From Gammaproteobacteria bacterium (GTDB lineage Bacteria; Pseudomonadota; Gammaproteobacteria; Acidiferrobacterales; SPGG2): DNA of 64,000 bases. Below, in pieces: positions 45,374-55,975 of this stretch. Location of the stretch: positions 773-64,772 of the forward strand of contig JAOTYM010000008.1 in the NCBI GenBank assembly GCA_029861845.1, read 5' to 3'. Every line of letters starts with the position of its first letter. The first letter of the stretch is position 1. The notes below the pieces were generated by a model. The model made no database searches, was not told the DNA's origin, and saw only the letters and a program-made list of their open reading frames with translations. The position numbers were made by a program, and so were the translations under genes.

Positions 45374-45841
45374 ATGCGAATTCACATCATCGCCGTTGGC
45401 AACCGTATGCCAACCTGGGTTAAACAGGCGTACCTTGAATATGCAAAGCGTATGCCTTCGTATTGTAGCTTGCAGTTGCATGAGATCCCCGCCGCTAAAC
45501 GCCGAAAGGGGCTTGATATTAACCAAGTGCTCAGCGATGAATGTTCGCGGATTATGGCGTCGGTACCCAAGGATTGCCAACTTATCGCGCTCACGCGGAC
45601 GGGGCGCCAAGTCGATACCAAGCAATTTGCCACCGCTCTGCAGTCTTGGTTGTCACAGGGGCGAGATACGGCGATATTGATTGGTGGGCCGGACGGCTTA
45701 GACGAGGCATGCATTAAGGCGACCGGCGACCAGTGGTCGCTATCACCGCTTACGCTTGCACACCGCCTGGTGCTCGTATTGCTAGCGGAACAGCTATATC
45801 GCGCGTGGAGCATCGTCGACGGCCATCCTTACCACCGTTAG
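45374..45841 (+). CDS. rlmH: 23S rRNA (pseudouridine1915-N3)-methyltransferase
   Basis: SPOUT C-terminus SLSPLTLAHRLVLVLLAEQLYRAWSI..GHPYHR. Confidence 0.95.
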   Translation: MRIHIIAVGNRMPTWVKQAYLEYAKRMPSYCSLQLHEIPAAKRRKGLDINQVLSDECSRIMASVPKDCQLIALTRTGRQVDTKQFATALQSWLSQGRDTAILIGGPDGLDEACIKATGDQWSLSPLTLAHRLVLVLLAEQLYRAWSIVDGHPYHR

Positions 45842-45922
45842 GTACGTTGTATCCGCTGTAGTAGGTCGGGGATCCTTCGAGTGTTTATAATTGCCATTTG
45901 ATCGGGAACCCGGAATTGTTGT

Positions 45923-46510
45923 TTGATGTCTAAAATTTACCTTGCCTCAGCTTCAGTGCGCAGGCAAACACTGCTACACCAGCTGGGCATTAGCTTCGAC
46001 GTTATTGTCCCATCCGTGTCGGAGCGGCAGCGGCACATCGAGGGTCCGATGGAGTATGTACAACGACTTGCGGTAGAAAAGGCACGCGATGCATCGCGCC
46101 TGGTGGCAGAGCGCCCCCTTCCTTTGCGGCCGGTGCTAGCGGCAGATACTTCTGTAGTGCTTGACGGCGCGGTTCTCGGTAAACCACGTGATCGCCAGGA
46201 CGGTGAGGCTATGTTGCGACGCCTCTCTGGCCGCACTCACACGGTACTCACCGCCGTTACCGTCTTACACGATGGGGCTCAGCAATCTGCCATCGATGCA
46301 AGCCAGGTAACATTTCGGCGCTTAGACGCTGCCGAAATCGCCCGTTATTGGGAAACGGGCGAACCCACTGATAAGGCGGGTGCCTACGCGTTGCAGGGGC
46401 GGGCGGCTGCGTTTGTGTCTAGGATAGAGGGCAGTTATTCCGGCATTGTCGGACTACCTTTATACCATGTAGCTGCAATGCTCGCGAAAGTTGGGATCGA
46501 AGGCACGTGA
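45923..46510 (+). CDS. maf: Maf-family nucleoside-triphosphate pyrophosphatase
   Basis: IYLASASVRRQTLL and KAGAYALQG motifs. Confidence 0.9.
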   Translation: MMSKIYLASASVRRQTLLHQLGISFDVIVPSVSERQRHIEGPMEYVQRLAVEKARDASRLVAERPLPLRPVLAADTSVVLDGAVLGKPRDRQDGEAMLRRLSGRTHTVLTAVTVLHDGAQQSAIDASQVTFRRLDAAEIARYWETGEPTDKAGAYALQGRAAAFVSRIEGSYSGIVGLPLYHVAAMLAKVGIEGT

Positions 46511-47970
46511 GCGAAGAAATCTTTATCAATGTGACACCACAGGAAACCCGCGTTGCGGTGGTCGAAAACGGTGTGTTGCAGGAGCTTCATATAGAACGCA
46601 CGCGTAGCCGTGGGATCGTGGGCAACATTTATAACGGCAGAGTCGCGAGAATCCTACCGGGCATGCAGGCGGCGTTCGTCGATATTGGACTTGACCGGGC
46701 CGCGTTTCTACATGCATCCGATTGCCGATTCAATTCCGAAGGTGACAATCGTAGCGCCGAGCATCCGCCTATTAATGGGCTACTGCAAGAGGGTGAGCTT
46801 ATAGCCGTACAGGTTGCGAAGGATCCGCTGGGCAATAAAGGCGCAAGGCTGACGATGAATATCATGTTACCCGCGCGTTACCTCGTTTATATGCCTTTTA
46901 GTAAACATATTGGAGTCTCGCAAAAAATCGAATCCGAGGAAGAGCGCGAAAGGCTGCGCGAGCTTGTAAAGGTCGCCACCGGAGATGATGACGACGGCGG
47001 GTACATTCTTCGAACCATGGCCGAGATGGCAACTGAAACAGAGTTGCAAACAGATGTTCGATACCTGCGTCGAGCATGGTCTTTGACACGTGATCAGTTC
47101 GAATCTGCATCACCGTGCACACTTATACGTGCCGAGCTACCGCTCGCGGTTCGGACAATGCGTGATCTGGCCCGGGACCATGTGGAAAAGATTCGCATCG
47201 ATTCTCGCGAATCCTTTCAAGCAGCAACCGCCTTTGCGAGAGACTTCATTCCCGAGATGGGGGGTCACATCGAATACTACCCGGGTGAGCGTCCAATCTT
47301 TGATTTGTACTCCATTGAGGATGAGATTCAAAAGAGCCTTATGCCTAAAGTGCCACTGAAGTCCGGCGGCCACTTGATCATCGATCAAACAGAAGCGATG
47401 ACAACAATCGATGTAAATACAGGCACCTATGTTGGACGCCGAACTCTGGAAGAGACTTTGTTCAAGACGAACCTTGAAGCGACACAAGCGATTGCGCGAC
47501 AACTACGACTGCGAAATATCGGCGGGATCATTATCATAGATTTTATTGACATGGAGAATGCCGAGCATCGCCGCCAAGTGGTGCGGGCGCTTGAAAAGGC
47601 ATTGTCGCGCGATAGAACAAAAGTTCATATCGCTGAAATGTCCACCCTCGGCCTTGTCGAAATAACGCGTAAGCGCACGCGCGAGAGTCTCGAGCACATT
47701 CTTTGCGAGCCGTGCTCAGTATGTAGTGGCCGAGGTACCGTGCGTACCGCCCACACCGTATGTTACGAGGTGTTTCGAGAGATTCTACGCGAGGCCCGAC
47801 AGTTCGAGGCAAACGAGTATCTCGTGCTGGCCTCCCAGGTCGTGATAGACATGTTACTCGACGAGGAAGCGGACGGTCTCGGTAACCTTCAGGAGTTCAT
47901 TGGGAAGCCCATTAACCTGCAAGTTGAACCGCTCTATCATCAAGAGCAGTTCGATGTCGTATTGATGTAA
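46507..47970 (+). CDS. rng: Ribonuclease G
   Basis: S1 domain GNIYNGRVARILPGMQAAFVDIG and the RNase E/G catalytic core. Confidence 0.95.
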   Translation: MSEEIFINVTPQETRVAVVENGVLQELHIERTRSRGIVGNIYNGRVARILPGMQAAFVDIGLDRAAFLHASDCRFNSEGDNRSAEHPPINGLLQEGELIAVQVAKDPLGNKGARLTMNIMLPARYLVYMPFSKHIGVSQKIESEEERERLRELVKVATGDDDDGGYILRTMAEMATETELQTDVRYLRRAWSLTRDQFESASPCTLIRAELPLAVRTMRDLARDHVEKIRIDSRESFQAATAFARDFIPEMGGHIEYYPGERPIFDLYSIEDEIQKSLMPKVPLKSGGHLIIDQTEAMTTIDVNTGTYVGRRTLEETLFKTNLEATQAIARQLRLRNIGGIIIIDFIDMENAEHRRQVVRALEKALSRDRTKVHIAEMSTLGLVEITRKRTRESLEHILCEPCSVCSGRGTVRTAHTVCYEVFREILREARQFEANEYLVLASQVVIDMLLDEEADGLGNLQEFIGKPINLQVEPLYHQEQFDVVLM

Positions 47971-47998
47971 GTAATCGCATGGGTTTAGGGTTTCCTAG

Positions 47999-50900
47999 GT
48001 GGAAATGCGAAAAAAGTTCCCTCCTTCTCTGCAACATTTAAAACGCGGCACACGGCACGTCGGCCGCTGGATGTGGTATTTGAGTGCTGGTTTACTGGCC
48101 GCTATAGCCATTGTTTTTGCCGTTGCACGTGTCGGCCTACCGGCGCTCGCAGCCAAGAAGACTGAAATCGAGAACTTTCTTACCGATAAGACTACACATC
48201 GCGTGCGCATTGCTGATCTTGAAACGTATTGGGACGGCTTGCGACCAGGGCTGCACATCAAGGGGTTGGAGATATTCTCATCGGCAGATTTTACGCGTGC
48301 CATACGCCTTGGAGAGATTCGGGTAAGTCTGGCGGTATTGCCTTTGGTTTGGGGCGAACTTCAGATCAACAGTCTGGTAGTAGTCAAACCTAGCCTGGCT
48401 CTAGAACGATTGGCTGACGGCCGTTTCCGAATTACCGGTTTACAACCGGTGCAGATTCCGATTGAGGGAGGTGATGGAAAGCTACTGCAGTGGCTACTTG
48501 GTCAGCGAAGACTCGCGATTGAGGATGGCGAACTACAGTGGTTTGATCAAATGGGCGAGCGCCGGGGTGTGTACCTTTCCAGGATAAACCTTGATCTACG
48601 CAACAAGGGTGATCGCCATAAACTCGGCGTGACGGCTGAGCTGCCACCGGACGTGTGCGCTGAGTGTTCGTTGGTCGCTGATATAACAGGTAATCCTGCT
48701 ACCAAAAAAGCTTGGCGTGGGCGTGTTTTTGTTAGGGCGGTTGGCGCGGCGCTCGACGGACTACCGGTCGTGATCCGCGAAATGCTACCAGCGCAACTTA
48801 CCGGAAAATTCGACGTCCAACTGTGGACAGACTGGCAGAACGGAAAACTCAAATCTGTTGAAGGCGGTATTGAGGTTGCAAATCTAAAATTGCCACTGAA
48901 AAACATAGATACGCCTCTGGCGATTAAATCCGCAAGCGCCAAATTAACCTGGAGCAAAAAAGGTAAAGAATCTCGGCTCGATCTTGAGGACCTATTTCTA
49001 GGACTGCGTGGCCCGGTTTGGTCGGCCGGGCATCTTCGAATTACCAAGGATTCTGGTGGTAGCGCGCTGCAGATCGACCGCATCAATATCGACGACATCA
49101 CGGCCTTTCTCGTGACAATCGACCGTGAGCATAAGTTTTTTGAGATCTTGAAAATTGTCCGGCCTGGCGGCGAACTCCATGATATCAAGTTAACTATAGA
49201 TGGCGATGGAAAACAGCTGGATGATTATTCTTTAGAGGCAAAGCTCGAAGACATTACGTCCGAGCCTTACAAGAAGGTGCCTGGCGTGCAGGGAATGAGC
49301 GGGACATTTTCGGCGCGACGCGGACGTGGCACTTTGTTGCTAGCGAATCAGAATGTCAGGGTATCTGCACCGCATGTGTTTCGTGTGCCAGTAAACGCCA
49401 ATGTTTCGGGAAATCTCGCCTGGGAGATAAAGAACGAATATGTAGAGATCAATAGCGATGACTTGCGTGTCACCTCCGAAGATGGCAAGGGTGGTGGCAA
49501 GCTCACCCTTCGTATTCCCTTTAATCGAACGATCAGACCCTATCTGAAGTTGCAGGCCAAGTTTAATGATGGCAACGGTGCCAACGCCAAACGTTATTAC
49601 CCGATAAACCTCCTCACCGAGAAGACTGTCGCATGGCTGGATGAATCGATTGTAGGAGGCCGGGTTACCAGCGCGTCCGTTGTCTATGATGGAAATCTTG
49701 CGAGTTTTCCATTCCGGGAAGGCAACGGGATGTTTGAGGTGCGGGCTCACGTCATTGACGGTGTATTCAATTATCTGCCCGGATGGGCGCCAATTACTGA
49801 CGCCCATGTGGACATCCAGTTTAGTGGTAGCCGCATGCGGCTCAGCGGCAAGCAAGGGAAAATTGATGGGTTGGACGTCGAACAGGTAGTTGCTCGTGCC
49901 GCGGATTTGCGCAAGAGCGGGAATTCTAATGTTGAAGTAACGGCGAAGATTGTCGGCCCGTTAGAGGAAACAATGCGCGTTCTGCGTGCTAGCCCAAAAG
50001 GGGAGCAGAGCGATTGGAAATCGTATCTCGACTTCGGATCAGGGGCACAAGGCAGCGGTGTTGTCGATTTGACGGTTGATATACCTGTCGCTAAGGCCAG
50101 TGCTTTCACCATGATCGGCGATTACACGGTCGAATATGGATCGCTAGAACTCGGTATTGCCAAGCTAAAGGGGGAAGGTATTAACGGACACGTCGGCTTC
50201 GACCAAGCGGGAGTCACCGAAGGCAGCCTGCGAATGCGAATCATGGGTGGCGACGCCACTGTGAAAATCGCCAAGCAGGTTAGTGAAAATCAGCCAGAAA
50301 CGATCCTGTCTGCGGAGGGGAAGTTTACCGCGAATGGCGTTGCCAAGGCCTTCGAGTGGCCACTGGTGCCCTATATTAAGGGTGATGCCGATTGGAATGG
50401 CACCATGCGTTTACACCGTGGTAGGCGTCATCTCGAGCTTGAGGCAGGTTTAGAACGAATGACGAGCACATACCCGGCGCCTTTGCGCAGACCTGACGGT
50501 ATCCCAGAACGACTTATTCTAACCGCCGATTACGCTGGCAAGGGCGAACGCAACATCAACTTTCATATCGGTAACCAGATCGACGCCAAGCTAGTTTTCG
50601 CAAAACAGAATGTCGATTGGGGGCTGGCGCGAGGAACGATCGCAGTGGGCGAGGAGTCGGCGAGTTCACCGCGGGCTCCCGGTCTGCACGTGAGTACTTC
50701 CACCGATCATATCAATGCTGATGCCTGGTTGCGCGTGTTTGGTGTTGGTTCTAAGGATACGACACTCATGCCGGATTATCTCCGGCGTTTCACCGGTACA
50801 TTCAACTCGATGCAATTAATCAATCGCAGATTGGGTGCGTTGCACATCGATCTGATGCGAGAAGGTCATGGTTGGGCAGGTCAAGTCAAGGGTGACGCGG

Positions 50901-51862
50901 CTGAGGGAGAAATGCGTTCTGTCTCGGCCACGCGGCGGTCGAGCGGGACCATCGACCTCGATCTTAAATATCTTATAGTGCATGACAAAGAACGTAAGAC
51001 TGATGATGCGCCAGTTGATCCCCGCACCCTACCGACGATAGCGCTCAAGGTTGGTTCGCTTCGACTAAAGGGCAAGGAATTAGGACAATTGGATCTGCGT
51101 GCCGCGCACACGGATTTAGGATGGCGTATCGTACGGTGTGACTTGAGGCGCCCAGAGATGGCTTTGTCTGCGAAAGGCAGCTGGCAGGTCCTCGGCGGTC
51201 GGCCAAAGACCAAGTTGGAATTGGAAGTGCGTAGCTCAGACATGGGCCAAACATTAGCTGCCTACGGGTCTAGCGATCAAATGACTAATGGCAAGGTTCA
51301 TCTGACTTCTAAGTTATCATGGGTTGGTTCACCAGCGAGCATCGGTCTATCGACACTATCCGGGAATGTTTCGGTGTCGGCGGAGAACGGCCGCTTTCTG
51401 AAAGTTCGACAGGGGGCAGGGCGGCTCTTTGGTTTGCTCGATCTAACCTCTGTGGTCAAGTTTCTGACATTTGATTTCGGTGATCTATTCGGAAAGGGTT
51501 TGCCGTTTAAGACGCTGACGGGGGAGGTGTCGATTGACAAGGGAGACGCCTATACGCGTAACCTTTCCTTGGTAGGATCGACCGCACAAGTTTCCGTAAA
51601 CGGGCGCGTCGGCCTCGCAGCTAAAGATTATGATTTGGCGGTACAAGTTACGCCCCGGCTCGGGACCAATCTAGCAGTGTGGCAGTTACTGGGTCCCCAG
51701 GCCGCGGTTCTGCTGTTGGCATTGGAAAAGTTGCTGAACAAGCAGATCGGCAAGGGCCCTCAGATTACCTACCTGATTAAGGGCGTTTGGGATGAGCCGG
51801 TCGTAACCAGACTGCAACAAGAACCAGGCGAACAAGGATCGGATGCGGGAGATAGACATTAA
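47999..51862 (+). CDS. yhdP: YhdP-family (AsmA-like) envelope lipid-transport protein
   Basis: 1287 aa with an N-terminal TM anchor. It holds the position after rng that is conserved in gammaproteobacteria, and the C-terminal region is typical of TIGR02099-type proteins. Confidence 0.85.
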   Translation: MEMRKKFPPSLQHLKRGTRHVGRWMWYLSAGLLAAIAIVFAVARVGLPALAAKKTEIENFLTDKTTHRVRIADLETYWDGLRPGLHIKGLEIFSSADFTRAIRLGEIRVSLAVLPLVWGELQINSLVVVKPSLALERLADGRFRITGLQPVQIPIEGGDGKLLQWLLGQRRLAIEDGELQWFDQMGERRGVYLSRINLDLRNKGDRHKLGVTAELPPDVCAECSLVADITGNPATKKAWRGRVFVRAVGAALDGLPVVIREMLPAQLTGKFDVQLWTDWQNGKLKSVEGGIEVANLKLPLKNIDTPLAIKSASAKLTWSKKGKESRLDLEDLFLGLRGPVWSAGHLRITKDSGGSALQIDRINIDDITAFLVTIDREHKFFEILKIVRPGGELHDIKLTIDGDGKQLDDYSLEAKLEDITSEPYKKVPGVQGMSGTFSARRGRGTLLLANQNVRVSAPHVFRVPVNANVSGNLAWEIKNEYVEINSDDLRVTSEDGKGGGKLTLRIPFNRTIRPYLKLQAKFNDGNGANAKRYYPINLLTEKTVAWLDESIVGGRVTSASVVYDGNLASFPFREGNGMFEVRAHVIDGVFNYLPGWAPITDAHVDIQFSGSRMRLSGKQGKIDGLDVEQVVARAADLRKSGNSNVEVTAKIVGPLEETMRVLRASPKGEQSDWKSYLDFGSGAQGSGVVDLTVDIPVAKASAFTMIGDYTVEYGSLELGIAKLKGEGINGHVGFDQAGVTEGSLRMRIMGGDATVKIAKQVSENQPETILSAEGKFTANGVAKAFEWPLVPYIKGDADWNGTMRLHRGRRHLELEAGLERMTSTYPAPLRRPDGIPERLILTADYAGKGERNINFHIGNQIDAKLVFAKQNVDWGLARGTIAVGEESASSPRAPGLHVSTSTDHINADAWLRVFGVGSKDTTLMPDYLRRFTGTFNSMQLINRRLGALHIDLMREGHGWAGQVKGDAAEGEMRSVSATRRSSGTIDLDLKYLIVHDKERKTDDAPVDPRTLPTIALKVGSLRLKGKELGQLDLRAAHTDLGWRIVRCDLRRPEMALSAKGSWQVLGGRPKTKLELEVRSSDMGQTLAAYGSSDQMTNGKVHLTSKLSWVGSPASIGLSTLSGNVSVSAENGRFLKVRQGAGRLFGLLDLTSVVKFLTFDFGDLFGKGLPFKTLTGEVSIDKGDAYTRNLSLVGSTAQVSVNGRVGLAAKDYDLAVQVTPRLGTNLAVWQLLGPQAAVLLLALEKLLNKQIGKGPQITYLIKGVWDEPVVTRLQQEPGEQGSDAGDRH

Positions 51863-51902
51863 TAAAATACTGCATCGGTGGTATTCTGTAGAAAGAACCG
51901 TT

Positions 51903-52223
51903 ATGTGGCTTCTGGCGTTGCTATTGCTAACACTACCAGCGCCGCTACTTGCGGAGAGTGTCATGATCACGGCTGACCAGTGGGCAAGCCCCCGCAGTGG
52001 GGAGTCGATAACACGCTTTGAACGCTTGAACAAGCTTGTTCAAGCATTGGATCAAAGTCCCGATAATCAGATCTTGATTCGATATGCAGAGGGAGAAACT
52101 GGCACCTTATGGGCAGAGGAGTTACGTTCATGGCTCGTATCGCTTGGTATCCCTTCAGGCCGTATCGTGCTTAATGCGGATCTCGGACAAAGTGATACCA
52201 TTATCGTGGAAACGAGCCCATGA
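51903..52223 (+). CDS. Hypothetical secreted protein
   Basis: Signal peptide MWLLALLLLTLPAPLLAES. It overlaps the yhdP stop and the next gene's start, suggesting an operon member. Confidence 0.45.
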   Translation: MWLLALLLLTLPAPLLAESVMITADQWASPRSGESITRFERLNKLVQALDQSPDNQILIRYAEGETGTLWAEELRSWLVSLGIPSGRIVLNADLGQSDTIIVETSP

Positions 52224-53083
52224 CACGAAAAACAAACAATCGAGTTGCTGCCATACAAATGGTATCCGGTGATGATGTGGATGCGAACCTTGATGAGGCG
52301 GCTCGACTAATTTCGACAGCTGTCTTAGCCGGCGCAGAATTTGTGGTATTACCTGAGAATTTTGCCATCATGCCAACCAAGGACGCGGGCCAACTGCGAA
52401 TAATGGAGCGCGATGGCGACGGCCCCATCCAGGAGTTCCTCTCAGCCCAGGCGCATCGAAACCACATCTGGCTTGTTGGGGGCTCCATACCGCTTGAATC
52501 TAGTCAACCGTCCAAAGTTCGAGCTGCTTGTTTGTTATTCAACGACCGTGGCGACCGCGTCGCCCGTTACGACAAGTTGCATCTGTTTGACGTGAAACTC
52601 GATAACGGTGAAGAGTATAGTGAGTCGCTCACCATTGAGCCGGGCGAGAGCGTTGTCGTAGTTGACTCACCAATAGGTCGACTAGGTCTTACGATCTGTT
52701 ACGATTTGCGGTTTCCGGAACTCTTTCGTGAGATGCTCGGTCAGGGTGCCGAGATCTTTACTGTTCCATCCGCATTTACAGCAACCACCGGAAAAGTTCA
52801 TTGGGAAATACTGTTACGTGCCCGGGCAATCGAGAACCTGGCCTATGTGATTGGTGCCGGGCAGGGCGGCAGCCATAGCAGTGGACGTGAAACATATGGT
52901 GACAGCATTGTTATAGACCCCTGGGGGGAAGTTATTAACCGTCTCGCGCGCGGGCCTGGAATAGTCACCGCAGATATCGATCGTAAACGCTTGGAGGACT
53001 TGCGTCGTAGTTTGCCGAGCATCGAACATCGGAGGTTAGGTAATGACCGGAGCATTGCAGAAGGCAAGAGAATCTCTGCTTGA
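52220..53083 (+). CDS. Carbon-nitrogen hydrolase family protein (Nit/omega-amidase-like)
   Basis: VVLPENF (Glu), YDKLHLF (Lys) and [12 protein letters not shown] (Cys). Confidence 0.9.
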   Translation: MTRKTNNRVAAIQMVSGDDVDANLDEAARLISTAVLAGAEFVVLPENFAIMPTKDAGQLRIMERDGDGPIQEFLSAQAHRNHIWLVGGSIPLESSQPSKVRAACLLFNDRGDRVARYDKLHLFDVKLDNGEEYSESLTIEPGESVVVVDSPIGRLGLTICYDLRFPELFREMLGQGAEIFTVPSAFTATTGKVHWEILLRARAIENLAYVIGAGQGGSHSSGRETYGDSIVIDPWGEVINRLARGPGIVTADIDRKRLEDLRRSLPSIEHRRLGNDRSIAEGKRISA

Positions 53084-54491
53084 TCCTGCTGGTATCGGCG
53101 ATAGTGAACTCGAACGCCTGATAGGGCGTCTTCTCTCCCATCAAGTCGATTACGCTGATCTGTACTTTCAGTATCGACGCCATGAGTCTTGGTCGCTGGA
53201 GGAAAGCCAGGTCAAGTCGGGAAGCCACAACATCGAACAAGGTGTTGGAGTGCGGGCAATTAGCCAGGAGAAAACCGGTTTCGCGTATTCTGATGAGATC
53301 GGTGTGCCGGCCCTGTTGGATTCGGCTAGTGCCGCGAGCACGATCGCCCGAGCTGGTGGCGATGGTGCAGTGTCCATAAGTTGGCAAGATGGCCGCAGCT
53401 TACAACTGTATTCAGCTCTGGATCCGCTCGTTAGCCTACCAGACGCTACCAAGGTAAAGTTGCTTGAAGATGTTGAGGCGGAAGCGCGACGCCAGGATCA
53501 GCGTGTACGACAGGTCATGGCTAGTTTGGCTGGCGTGCATGAGGTTGTCATGGTGGTGCGTAGTGACGGCGTGCTCTCTGCTGACATTCGCCCGCTAGTG
53601 CGATTGAACGTTGTCGTCATCGTCGAGCAAGACGGTCGTCGAGAGCAAGGTGTTGCTGGCGGCGGCGGTCGTTTCGATTACCAATACTTCTTTGACAAGG
53701 AAACGGCGCTTGGTTATGCGCGTGAAGCCGTTCGGCAAGCGATTGTAAATCTCGAGGCTGTGAATGCGCCGGCGGGGACAATGCAGGTGGTACTCGGGCC
53801 GGGCTGGCCGGGCATCCTTCTGCATGAGGCGATTGGCCATGGTCTCGAGGGAGATTTCAACCGCAAGGGTACCTCGGCGTTTTCCGGGCGCATCGGCGAA
53901 CGTGTGGCATCCGAGCAGTGTACGGTGGTGGATGACGGTACGATTCGCGACCGCCGCGGTTCGTTAAATATCGACGATGAAGGTACCCCGACACAGAATA
54001 CGGTGTTGATCGAAAAGGGAATTTTAACCCAGTACATGCAAGACACACTCAATGCCCGCCTAATGGGTGTGACCTCTACCGGCAACGGTCGGCGCGAATC
54101 GTATGCACACCTGCCGATGCCACGGATGACAAATACCTACATGTTAGCCGGTGAGTACGATCCCCAGGAGATCATCGCATCGGTAGATGATGGGGTATAT
54201 GCGGCCAACTTTGGTGGCGGTCAGGTTGATATTACTTCTGGTAAGTTTGTGTTTTCGGCCAGTGAAGCGTACCTGATAGAAAAAGGCAACATAACACGCC
54301 CAATCAAGGGTGCCACGCTAATCGGGAATGGCCCCGACGTCCTAACGCGTGTAAGCATGGTTGGCAATGACCTCAAACTCGATACGGGGGTGGGCACCTG
54401 CGGCAAAGAGGGTCAAAGCGTGCCGGTCGGCGTCGGCCAACCGAGCTTACGGATCGATGGATTGACGGTGGGCGGCACACAGAGCGGCTGA
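53043..54491 (+). CDS. tldD: Metalloprotease TldD
   Basis: [11 protein letters not shown] zinc motif, 482 aa, followed by pmbA. Confidence 0.95.
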   Translation: MTGALQKARESLLDPAGIGDSELERLIGRLLSHQVDYADLYFQYRRHESWSLEESQVKSGSHNIEQGVGVRAISQEKTGFAYSDEIGVPALLDSASAASTIARAGGDGAVSISWQDGRSLQLYSALDPLVSLPDATKVKLLEDVEAEARRQDQRVRQVMASLAGVHEVVMVVRSDGVLSADIRPLVRLNVVVIVEQDGRREQGVAGGGGRFDYQYFFDKETALGYAREAVRQAIVNLEAVNAPAGTMQVVLGPGWPGILLHEAIGHGLEGDFNRKGTSAFSGRIGERVASEQCTVVDDGTIRDRRGSLNIDDEGTPTQNTVLIEKGILTQYMQDTLNARLMGVTSTGNGRRESYAHLPMPRMTNTYMLAGEYDPQEIIASVDDGVYAANFGGGQVDITSGKFVFSASEAYLIEKGNITRPIKGATLIGNGPDVLTRVSMVGNDLKLDTGVGTCGKEGQSVPVGVGQPSLRIDGLTVGGTQSG

Positions 54492-54500
54492 GGCCCTACG

Positions 54501-55856
54501 ATGGAATCAAAAAGTGAACTCCTGTCAGACGCGACGATAATCAATAGTCAGCTACCTACGCTCGTGGATCTGGTACTGACAGAAGCCAAGAATCAGGGCG
54601 CGAGCGCAGCAGAGGCCGCAGCCAGCGTTGGCCAAGGCTTGTCAGCTAGCGTACGCCTCGGTGAAGTCGAAACGGTGGAACACAATCGCGACAAAGATCT
54701 TGGTGTTACGGTATTTTTTGGTCACCGTAGTGGTTCGGCCAGTACATCGGACTTCAATGAGTCTGCGGTTCGTGACAGCGTGCGTGCGGCATGCTCGATA
54801 GCAAGATATATGGCGGAAGACGAGTGCGTGGGTCTGGCGGATGCGGACAAATTGGCGAAAGAAATTCCGGATCTAGATCTTTACCATCCATGGAACCCAG
54901 GGACAGAGCAAGCGATCAGTATTGCTCGTCAATGTGAAGACGCGGCCCGGTGTGTCGATGCCCGGATCCAAAATTCCGAGGGGGCTACTGTTTCGAGTCA
55001 CGAGGGTTTGGTGGTCTATGGCAACAGCGATGGATTCTTAGGAACACTTCCGACCACGCGACACAGTCTCAGTTGCAGTGTAATCGCCCAAGACGCACAG
55101 GGGATGCAAAGAGACTATTGGTATTCAGTGGCGCGTGATGCCGGCGAACTGGAAGACGCCGAACAAATTGGCAACAAGGCGGGCCGGCGCGCTTTACGGC
55201 GGCTGGGAGCGCGCAAGCTGGGTACGCGTGAAACGCCCATCATCTATGAAGCACCAGTAGCATCGAGTTTGCTCTCACATCTGGCCAGTGCACTTAGTGG
55301 TACCAATTTGTATCGAGAAGCCTCATTCTTATTGGACCATCTCGATAAGAAAATATTTCCAGACCACGTTCGGATCTTGGAACAACCTCACCTACAAAAA
55401 GCGATGGGTAGTGCCCCGTTCGACAGCGAAGGTGTGGCGACGATAGCGAGTGATTTAGTGGCTAACGGCGTGCTTCAACACTATCTATTGGATTCGTATT
55501 CCGCCCGAAAACTGGGCTTGCAAACGACCGGCAATGCCGGGGGTGTGCACAATATGATGATCGAACCCGGCGATCACGATCTTGACGGGTTGTTAAGACA
55601 GATGGGTACTGGGTTGTTAGTTACTGAATTGATCGGATTTGGTGTCAATACCGTCACGGGTGACTACTCTCGCGGCGCGACTGGGTTCTGGGTCGACAAT
55701 GGTGAGATTGCCTTCCCAGTCGAAGAGATTACAGTAGCCGGAAATCTTAAGGACATGTTTCAGGAACTGGTCGCTACCGGTAATGACGTTGATACTCGTG
55801 GAAATATCCGCAGTGGTTCTATTCTCATCGGCAATATGACAGTAGCGGGCAACTAA
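54501..55856 (+). CDS. pmbA: Metalloprotease PmbA (TldE)
   Basis: PmbA/TldD fold signature (..GDYSRGATGFWVDNGEI..) and pairing with tldD. Confidence 0.9.
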   Translation: MESKSELLSDATIINSQLPTLVDLVLTEAKNQGASAAEAAASVGQGLSASVRLGEVETVEHNRDKDLGVTVFFGHRSGSASTSDFNESAVRDSVRAACSIARYMAEDECVGLADADKLAKEIPDLDLYHPWNPGTEQAISIARQCEDAARCVDARIQNSEGATVSSHEGLVVYGNSDGFLGTLPTTRHSLSCSVIAQDAQGMQRDYWYSVARDAGELEDAEQIGNKAGRRALRRLGARKLGTRETPIIYEAPVASSLLSHLASALSGTNLYREASFLLDHLDKKIFPDHVRILEQPHLQKAMGSAPFDSEGVATIASDLVANGVLQHYLLDSYSARKLGLQTTGNAGGVHNMMIEPGDHDLDGLLRQMGTGLLVTELIGFGVNTVTGDYSRGATGFWVDNGEIAFPVEEITVAGNLKDMFQELVATGNDVDTRGNIRSGSILIGNMTVAGN

Positions 55857-55975
55857 CCATAAAAAACTGCGTAACTGGATTGCGCACGCAGTGTTCTCTA
55901 GCTGTTACGCTAGAATAAGAGACCCTAGTCGTTAGCATGGTAGAATGCGTTCGCGTATTCACATAGCGTAGCTGC